Of a DNA stretch of 64,000 nt, positions 57,873 through 64,000 are shown piece after piece. How positions within the stretch are numbered: position 1 is the first letter of the stretch; each line of letters opens with the position of its first letter. A model generated the notes under the pieces. That model saw nothing but the letters and a program-made list of their open reading frames with translations. It searched no databases and was not told the DNA's origin. Position numbers and translations under genes: made by a program. The DNA is from Candidatus Omnitrophota bacterium (GTDB lineage Bacteria > Omnitrophota > Gorgyraeia > Zapsychrales > JANLHA01). Location: positions 195,864 through 259,863 of the forward strand of contig JAKLFA010000002.1 of the NCBI GenBank assembly GCA_022711395.1. Direction: 5' to 3'.

Positions 57873-58190
57873 CTATGCCATTTCGCTGGGGTTCGGGGTT
57901 TTTAGGACCAGGAAGGTCGCGTCAGTTGTTCCCGTATTTTTGATCGACATGGGCGTTTGAAAGGCGACCGGCAATAAGTCCCCCTCCTGGGCCGTATATT
58001 CGGTCCCGCGCAGGTCAACGCAGAGGTTCCCTCTCAGGATCAATAAATGCACGTTGGAATTCGCGTTATGGGATGGGACGCTTTGGCCCGGATGCAGGGC
58101 GATCTGCATGATCAGCAGATGCTTTTCATCGATGAGTTTGCGCTTGCCCAGCGTGTCGTTAGCGTATGGGATCTTTTCAAGCACGTTCAT
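57873..58190 (-). CDS. cupin-domain protein
   Basis: About 105 aa from MNVLEKIP; HPGQSVPSHNA...VHLLILRG two-His cupin motif. Confidence 0.55.
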   Translation of the reverse strand: MNVLEKIPYANDTLGKRKLIDEKHLLIMQIALHPGQSVPSHNANSNVHLLILRGNLCVDLRGTEYTAQEGDLLPVAFQTPMSIKNTGTTDATFLVLKTPNPSEMA

Positions 58191-58215
58191 GGGTCGGTCC
58201 TTTCGTGGTTTTATT

Positions 58216-59838
58216 TTAAAAAATATAGTCGGTCGAGAGGAAGTTGGATTTGTGTTCTTTGACGATCTCATCAATGATCGACTTGTTCGTATCGGTGTCT
58301 TTTGCTGCCACCAGAGAGCGGATCGAAAAGACCTTCAAGGCGTCCGACACCGAAAGGGTCCCTTCCGCTGAATCCTTGCGCCCTGTGAACGGGAAGGTGT
58401 CCGGCCCGCGCTGGCACTGGCTGTTGATATTGACCCGGCAGACCTGGTTGACCAAAGGATCGATAAGTTTCGCGATCACGTCCGGGTCGCTTCCGAAAAT
58501 ACTGACCTGCTGGCCGTAATTAGAATCGATCACGTATTGGACCGGTTCTTCGATCTTGTCGAACGCCACGACCGGGACCACGGGCCCGAACTGTTCTTCG
58601 CTGTAGAGGCGCATCTTGGCGTTGACCGGATAAACGACGGTCGGATAGAAGAAGGTCTTCTCTGAGAGCCCTCCGTGGCTGTTTAAGACGCGCGCGCCGT
58701 GGGCTTGGGCGTCTTCCACCAGGCCGCGCAGATAATCACTTTTTCCCGGTACAGGCAGGGGCGTGATCTGCGCGTCCTCCCAAGGCATGCCGCATTTGAG
58801 CTTTTCAACAGCTTCAACGAATTTTTTCAAGAACGCGTCAGCGATCTTGGAATGAACGAACAGGATCTTTAAAGCGGTGCAGCGCTGCCCGTTATAGGAT
58901 AAAGAACCCAGGACGTTCTCTTTGACCGCTATGTCGAGATCCGCGTCTTCAAGGATGATGGACGCGTTCTTTGCGTCCAGCCCGAGAACAAAACGGCAAC
59001 GGTGCGGTTTGGGGTGCTGTTTTTGAAGGATATTGGCGGACCGGCTTGATCCGATCAGGGCCAGCGCGCTGACTTTGCCTGAAGCCATTAACGGCCCAGC
59101 AACCTTTTCTCCCCGGCCATAGACCGTATTGACCACGCCTTGGGGAAAGGACTGCTGGAAGGCTTTCAAGAGCGGCTGATGCAAAAGGATCCCGAGCTTC
59201 GGCGGTTTGAAGATCACCGTGTTTCCCATGATCAAAGCCGGGATCAGCGTCGTAAATGTTTCATTGAGCGGATAGTTGTATGGCCCCATGCAGAGCACGA
59301 CCCCCAGCGGAGATCGGCGGATCTGACCGATCACCCCCTGTTCGATCGTGAATTTTGATGATGCGCGGTCCAGCTCTTTGAGCGCGGCGATGGTGTCTTG
59401 GATATAATCGACGGTCCGGTCGAATTCTTTTTGGGAATCGTTCAGGTTCTTGCCGATCTCCCACATCAGAAGATTGACGACCTCCTCGCGGACTTCTTTC
59501 ATTTTTTCGGCGAACTGCTCAAGATGTTCGATTCTTTTGGGGATCGAGCAGGTCGGCCAATAGCCCCGGCCGTTATTGTAAGCCTTGACGGCGGAATCCA
59601 AGGCTTCCAGGGCTTCTTTTTCGGCCATGAGCGGGTATTCGCCGATCACTTTTTGAATGGGCCCTTCTGAGGTCTGAAGGCAGATCGGAGAAAGAACCTC
59701 CTGAAATGGCCCATCCCAGGACCGGATCTCACCGTTTATGAGGTATTCCGTTTGCCGCAAAAAACCCTGAAGTTTCGCCTGCGGGGGGATCATATGTTCA
59801 TTCGGGAAAATAGAACCCATCGTGCCTTCCTTTCTCAA
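58216..59838 (-). CDS. aldehyde dehydrogenase family protein (GapN-like NAD(P)-dependent)
   Basis: 540 aa; FTGS/GPxNYP region (CMGPYNYPLNE), catalytic ELGGK-like and GQRCTA Cys motif. Confidence 0.7.
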   Translation of the reverse strand: MRKEGTMGSIFPNEHMIPPQAKLQGFLRQTEYLINGEIRSWDGPFQEVLSPICLQTSEGPIQKVIGEYPLMAEKEALEALDSAVKAYNNGRGYWPTCSIPKRIEHLEQFAEKMKEVREEVVNLLMWEIGKNLNDSQKEFDRTVDYIQDTIAALKELDRASSKFTIEQGVIGQIRRSPLGVVLCMGPYNYPLNETFTTLIPALIMGNTVIFKPPKLGILLHQPLLKAFQQSFPQGVVNTVYGRGEKVAGPLMASGKVSALALIGSSRSANILQKQHPKPHRCRFVLGLDAKNASIILEDADLDIAVKENVLGSLSYNGQRCTALKILFVHSKIADAFLKKFVEAVEKLKCGMPWEDAQITPLPVPGKSDYLRGLVEDAQAHGARVLNSHGGLSEKTFFYPTVVYPVNAKMRLYSEEQFGPVVPVVAFDKIEEPVQYVIDSNYGQQVSIFGSDPDVIAKLIDPLVNQVCRVNINSQCQRGPDTFPFTGRKDSAEGTLSVSDALKVFSIRSLVAAKDTDTNKSIIDEIVKEHKSNFLSTDYIF

Positions 59839-59847
59839 CGCGATCGC

Positions 59848-60234
59848 TTAAAGATATTTTTTTATCCGTTCCAGGATCGTTGAGGACGCTTCTTTATTTC
59901 CTTTTAGCCCGACACGGATCTCGACTTTTGATGTGGATGCGGTGAGCGGGCGCACGTCGATCCAGACCTCGCTCCCATCGCTGTATTGGCTGCGGAGCTG
60001 GGTCACTTCGGAGGACGTTGTCTCTTTGTTGATCTCCATATCAAGGGATTGGATTGCCTTTTTGGAGGCTTGGACGGTCTTTTCATAGGGTGCGCTGATT
60101 TCACTGGTCAGCTTTCCGGAAAGCCAGAACGCCGTTCCGGCTCCGCCGGCCACTCCAGCCACGAGCAGAATACATCCGGACAGGCTCATCACAAGAAACA
60201 AACCAAGGACCGAATAAAAAATATTTTTTAGCAT
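59848..60234 (-). CDS. hypothetical lipoprotein
   Basis: About 128 aa from MLKNIFYSVLGLFLVMSLSGC (lipobox LSGC). Confidence 0.45.
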   Translation of the reverse strand: MLKNIFYSVLGLFLVMSLSGCILLVAGVAGGAGTAFWLSGKLTSEISAPYEKTVQASKKAIQSLDMEINKETTSSEVTQLRSQYSDGSEVWIDVRPLTASTSKVEIRVGLKGNKEASSTILERIKKYL

Positions 60235-60256
60235 GTTTTTCCTTTCTGTGTCCGCT

Positions 60257-61504
60257 TCAGCTCTTTCCAGGAACATTCTGGGGCTCGGTGTCGATAATGA
60301 CCTCAAAAATATTGGAGCGGCGGATCTTGCGCAGGATAAATTTCAGGTTCTGATACGAGATCTTGTCCTCAACGGTAGGGATTTTGCCGGAAAGCTCCAG
60401 AAGCCATTCATTCAACGGTTTTTCAGATGCCGGAAGGCTGAGGCCGGTCTTTTCCGTTAAGTTCTCAAGCGTGATCCCGCCACCGGCCACGTATCGTTTT
60501 TCAGCGATCTGATAGACATATTGTGGCAACAGGTCATATTCATCCTCGATATCACCCATGATCGCTTCAATGGCGTCTTCCAGGGTCACCAGGCCGGAGA
60601 CGTTCCCCCGTTCATCCCGGACAATCGCGATATGCTGATAGCTCCTTCGAAGCCTGCCAAGGAGGGCGGACATCGGTTCGTTCTCCCTGGTCTCCAGGAT
60701 CGGCCGGCAGATGCCTTTGAGCGAGGCATCCTTTGGATTGGTCTGGAGTGCGCTTACGATGTCCTTGAAATTCACGTAGCCTGCGATCTCACCGGTTGCG
60801 GTATTTCGCAGCGGGAACCGCGTGTGATGGTGGATGTGGGCCTGGATCAGGGCGTCCATAAGAGACATATCCGTTGAGAAACATTTCATCTCTTCACTCT
60901 TGACCATCACATCTTTAACTTTGATGTCCGAAAGGCTGATCGTATGGGAAAGGATCATTTCCTGGTCCTTATTGATGATGTTCTTAAGCGCGGCGAGATG
61001 CGTCAAGACCGTGATGTCTTCGACCGGACCAGGTTCAATGGTCTTGCGTTTCCGATCTTCAAAAGGACGGTTCAAAAAATGGATGATGTTGATCAGCGGC
61101 GTGAAGGCGGCGATCAGAAATTTTAATGGTAAGGCGGTGAGCATGGCGATCGTTTTGTTATACCGGACCCCCAGTGTTTTGGGCAGGATCTCAGTCCATT
61201 GGATCATCGCCAGGGAAAAAACAACCGCGAATACGAAGATCCAACGGACACCGAAGATCTTTTCAAATTGCGCGCCTGAGAGTGAGGCTCCCATGGTATG
61301 GGAAAGTGTGTTGATGATCAAAATGACCGCGATAGGCCGCTCGATGTGTTTTTTGAAATTCTCCCAGGTCCGGGCCGCGGAAGGCTTTTTTTCCGCGATC
61401 CGTCCGATGTCGGCCAGGGACAGGCTCAACAGTGCCGATTCCAAAAGGGAGCAAAAAAATGAGATCCCCATGGTGATCACGATCGTAAGCACTAACACCG
61501 TCAT
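60257..61504 (-). CDS. HlyC/CorC-family transporter (DUF21/CNNM plus CBS pair plus CorC_HlyC)
   Basis: 415 aa; N-terminal 4-TM DUF21, CBS-pair region (DVMVKSEEM...) and C-terminal transporter-associated domain. Confidence 0.75.
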   Translation of the reverse strand: MTVLVLTIVITMGISFFCSLLESALLSLSLADIGRIAEKKPSAARTWENFKKHIERPIAVILIINTLSHTMGASLSGAQFEKIFGVRWIFVFAVVFSLAMIQWTEILPKTLGVRYNKTIAMLTALPLKFLIAAFTPLINIIHFLNRPFEDRKRKTIEPGPVEDITVLTHLAALKNIINKDQEMILSHTISLSDIKVKDVMVKSEEMKCFSTDMSLMDALIQAHIHHHTRFPLRNTATGEIAGYVNFKDIVSALQTNPKDASLKGICRPILETRENEPMSALLGRLRRSYQHIAIVRDERGNVSGLVTLEDAIEAIMGDIEDEYDLLPQYVYQIAEKRYVAGGGITLENLTEKTGLSLPASEKPLNEWLLELSGKIPTVEDKISYQNLKFILRKIRRSNIFEVIIDTEPQNVPGKS

Positions 61505-61602
61505 ACGCAGTTCTCCTTATTGTGTTGTAAATTTATCGGGTATTATAACGGATTTATATGGCCAGCACAATTGCGCAGATGCGCGCCGTGGCGGCCTGCG
61601 GG

Positions 61603-62664
61603 TCATGCCAGTTTATCCTTCGGCTGAGAAATGCGCTCTTGTTCTCCTGCCTTTGCCCATGGCTCCGGGGAGATCTGCTCAGGATCGAGCCAGGCGTTCT
61701 CGCGCAGCCTGTCGTGGTAGACAAAACACTGGGCACAGGGGATATCGGCGCGCGGGTCTTTTTTTCCGGTGAGCATCTCCCGGGCGTAATCGATCCGTTC
61801 ATTGTTCAGGCACGTTGCGACCCCCTCTTCGAAAACATTGCCGTAGTCGCCCCAATAGTTATTGCAGCAGCCCAGCATTTTACCGTCATAGTTGATCTGC
61901 GGGTGATTCCATAATTGGGAACAGACCCGGTCGCTGAGATAGCTTGCTTTATATGTTTGGGCATACTCCTCCCTGCTGCAGGCCCCCAGACCGGATTTTA
62001 TTCGAATCAGCTCTTTGTTCTTGATCGGGGAGAATTGGTCATCAGAGGCCAACTTGACCTGAAAGGTCATGCCGAGATCCGCCGCCATCCGTTCAGCGTC
62101 TTCGATCTGATGTTCATTGTGCCCAAACGCGATCAATTGCCAAGTCAGCCGCGGGAATTCAGAGCGATAGAATTTTTTATGCTCGTTGATCCGCTTAATG
62201 TTTGAAATGACACGGTTCAGATCTCCCCGGCGCCGGTAGATCTGATAGGTTTCCTGGGTGGTTCCGTCTATGGAACAGGTGATGCTGTGAAATTTGTATT
62301 TTACCAGGGCCTCCAGGATTTTCGGGGATACGGTATTCAAGTTGGCTCCATTGTAGGCTGTCAGCTGCACATTTTTTTGATGGGCGTAACGGATGATATC
62401 AAGCAGTTCGTTGTTCAAGAAGAGCTCCCCCCAGTTGGAGAGCTCAATGCCGCGGATAGATGGATTTTTATCAATAAATTTTTTGAAATGAGAAAATTTT
62501 AAAAATCCCTGGCCGATCAGGCGCCCCACGTCCCCTTTTGCTGTGGGACATAATGGGCAGTCAAGCTGACAGACCGTGGACGCCTCGATCCGGACATATG
62601 ACGGTCGGATGCGTGGGGACGGTTTATGCTTCCCTGGAATGAAAAGTCGCCATATGGAATTCAT
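61603..62664 (-). CDS. radical SAM protein with Cys-rich C-terminal SPASM-like domain, orphan
   Basis: 353 aa; CQLDCPLCP Cx3Cx2C; C-terminal CSQ...GCCNNYWGDYG...C...CAQC cluster. Confidence 0.65.
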   Translation of the reverse strand: MNSIWRLFIPGKHKPSPRIRPSYVRIEASTVCQLDCPLCPTAKGDVGRLIGQGFLKFSHFKKFIDKNPSIRGIELSNWGELFLNNELLDIIRYAHQKNVQLTAYNGANLNTVSPKILEALVKYKFHSITCSIDGTTQETYQIYRRRGDLNRVISNIKRINEHKKFYRSEFPRLTWQLIAFGHNEHQIEDAERMAADLGMTFQVKLASDDQFSPIKNKELIRIKSGLGACSREEYAQTYKASYLSDRVCSQLWNHPQINYDGKMLGCCNNYWGDYGNVFEEGVATCLNNERIDYAREMLTGKKDPRADIPCAQCFVYHDRLRENAWLDPEQISPEPWAKAGEQERISQPKDKLA

Positions 62665-62706
62665 GTTTACGATCAGAAGAGCTCCTTAGATCAAAAGGCG
62701 CGGAAT

Positions 62707-63753
62707 TTAAAAACAGCGCTTCCCCTCTTTTTTAAGACAGGTCGAATCGCATTGGTAACAGATCTCGTTTTTGAGGAATCCCCCGTCAAAGAATTCTTTG
62801 ATGTTGGTAAGCGTTGTTGTGGCAATGTTGCTTATGGCTTCTTTGGTGAAGAACCCCTGATGCGACGTGATCAGGACATTGGGAAACGTCAGGAGCCTCG
62901 CCAGGACATCGTCACTGATCATCTCGGATGAGAGGTCCTCAAAAAAGTATTCGCTCTCCTCCTCATAGACATCGAGGCCCGCAGCCCCGATCTGTTTATC
63001 TTTCAGGCCCTGGATCAGGCTTCCGGTCTCAATGATCTTCCCGCGGCTGGTATTGATCAGGATCACGCCTTTTTTCATCTGCCGGATGCTTTCAGCGTTG
63101 ATCAAATGATGGGTTTCTTTTGATAACGGGCAATGGAGCGAAATGACATCCGATCTTTGGTAAAGTTCGCTCAGAGCCACGTACTGGATATTTTTTTCTT
63201 TGGCATAGTCAAGGTCCGGGAATTTATCATAGGCCAGGACGTTCATTCCAAAGCCCAATGCGATATCGATGAGGCAGCGGCCGATCTTGCCTGTTCCTAC
63301 GATGCCGATGGTCTTTTGATACATATCGAAGCCCATAAATCCGTTGATGGAAAAGTTGCCGTCCCGGGTCCTGTAATACGCCTTGTGCGTTTTGCGGTTC
63401 AAGGTCAAGATGAGAGCGGCGGCGTGCTCCGCTACGGCATGCGGAGAGTATGCCGGCACGCGCACAACGTGGATGTTGCCGTAAGCGGCCTTGAGGTCTA
63501 CGTTGTTATAACCGGCGCTGCGCAGGGCGATGAGCGTCACGTGGCATTCCTTGAGAATACGGATCGTTTCGGAATCGACAGTGTCGTTTACAAAGGCGCA
63601 AATGACGGGGTATCCTGCGCTTAAACTGGCGGTGTTGGCGTTCAAGTGCGCAGGGCAATATTTTATATCGAATCCGAAGTTTGAATTCGCCTCGTCAAAG
63701 GCCTGCTGGTCGTAGGGTTTCGTGTCATAAAAAAATATTTTTGAAACGGTCAT
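62707..63753 (-). CDS. ldhA: D-lactate dehydrogenase / D-isomer-specific 2-hydroxyacid dehydrogenase
   Basis: 348 aa; GIVGTGKIG NAD-binding motif and catalytic R/E/H arrangement typical of D-LDH. Confidence 0.8.
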   Translation of the reverse strand: MTVSKIFFYDTKPYDQQAFDEANSNFGFDIKYCPAHLNANTASLSAGYPVICAFVNDTVDSETIRILKECHVTLIALRSAGYNNVDLKAAYGNIHVVRVPAYSPHAVAEHAAALILTLNRKTHKAYYRTRDGNFSINGFMGFDMYQKTIGIVGTGKIGRCLIDIALGFGMNVLAYDKFPDLDYAKEKNIQYVALSELYQRSDVISLHCPLSKETHHLINAESIRQMKKGVILINTSRGKIIETGSLIQGLKDKQIGAAGLDVYEEESEYFFEDLSSEMISDDVLARLLTFPNVLITSHQGFFTKEAISNIATTTLTNIKEFFDGGFLKNEICYQCDSTCLKKEGKRCF

Positions 63754-63769
63754 GGGTATCTCCTTCTTT

Positions 63770-64000
63770 TTAGTTCCAGACGCCGGAGATCACGGCCTGG
63801 CATTTTGTGCAGCGCCCCTGATGCAGCGAGATAGGGCCTGTCTTGTATCCTGAACGACGGATGAGCGGTTTACTGCAGCCCGGGCAGAACGTGTCGCTGC
63901 CTTCTGCGACATTTCCCAAATAAACATATTTCAGGCCCGCCTTTTTTCCGATCGCCAAGGTCCGCTCTAAGCTTGAAAGCGGGGTTGGCTCAGATCTGCT
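63770..64000 (-). CDS. PflA-like radical SAM activating enzyme, C-terminal fragment (gene continues past window end)
   Basis: C-terminal ...LERTLAIGKKAGLKYVYLGNV...CPGCSKPLIRRSG...CTKCQAV resembles pyruvate-formate-lyase-activating / AmmeMemoRadiSam-type radical SAM C-termini. Confidence 0.5.
   Translation of the reverse strand, partial: SRSEPTPLSSLERTLAIGKKAGLKYVYLGNVAEGSDTFCPGCSKPLIRRSGYKTGPISLHQGRCTKCQAVISGVWN

Noticed and set aside
60834-61772. 312-aa plus-strand ORF
   Set aside because: Antisense to the CorC/HlyC transporter gene and the rSAM upstream region; no motifs; shadow ORF.
1-64000. tRNA/rRNA genes
   Set aside because: No cloverleaf-compatible segments with GTTCGAATC-type T-loops were found outside coding regions; intergenic space is small throughout. 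None called.

Overview
This 64 kb bacterial window (roughly 50% GC, lineage not identifiable from sequence alone) is almost entirely minus-strand coding. Positions 1 to about 34,000 hold tightly packed housekeeping operons. These are argB-argJ-argC; rpsI-rplM; truA-asd and a LeuB/TtuC-family dehydrogenase; fabF-acpP-fabG; a pterin/folate cluster folE-SDR-folB-folK; the plus-strand genes for a histidinol-phosphatase-like PHP protein and bcp; cstA; ispG/ispH; murB; a complete nfu-rrf2-sufBCDSU Fe-S operon; a metX-metW operon continuing into a 4-oxalocrotonate-tautomerase-like gene, an L-2-hydroxyglutarate-oxidase-like gene, a 4-TM membrane protein and a radical-SAM/SPASM enzyme; then nadA, a second radical SAM gene, and miaB. 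From about 34.07 kb an AT-richer integrated element begins. A large serine recombinase overlaps the 5' end of miaB and is followed by an Xis-like HTH protein, small unknown genes, a prim-pol/D5/SF3 primase-helicase flanked by P4-like GTTCAC iterons, a dense ~500 bp iteron array, and three 72-bp tandem repeats ending in a strong terminator. It also carries a defence operon (hsdR, an hsdM-hsdS fusion, a HEPN-like Rx4H protein and a PD-(D/E)xK protein) and a second nuclease-rich cargo cluster (RadC, a DUF1016 nuclease, an RHH protein, and a HARE-HTH protein with a PD-(D/E)xK domain). These carry repeated 8-3-8 palindromes and a 26-bp perfect palindrome. The right end (about 52 to 64 kb) carries accessory genes: two SAM methyltransferases, a class D (OXA-like) beta-lactamase, lipoproteins, trkH, a split chrA pair, a cupin, an aldehyde dehydrogenase, a CorC/HlyC transporter, an orphan second rSAM/SPASM enzyme, D-lactate dehydrogenase and a partial PflA-like radical SAM activase. 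No rRNA, tRNA or CRISPR array was recognised. The best candidates for an undescribed system are the HEPN-like plus PD-(D/E)xK gene pair embedded in the Type I RM operon together with its transcribed tandem-repeat tail, and the metXW-linked operon of tautomerase, LhgO, membrane protein and rSAM/SPASM.
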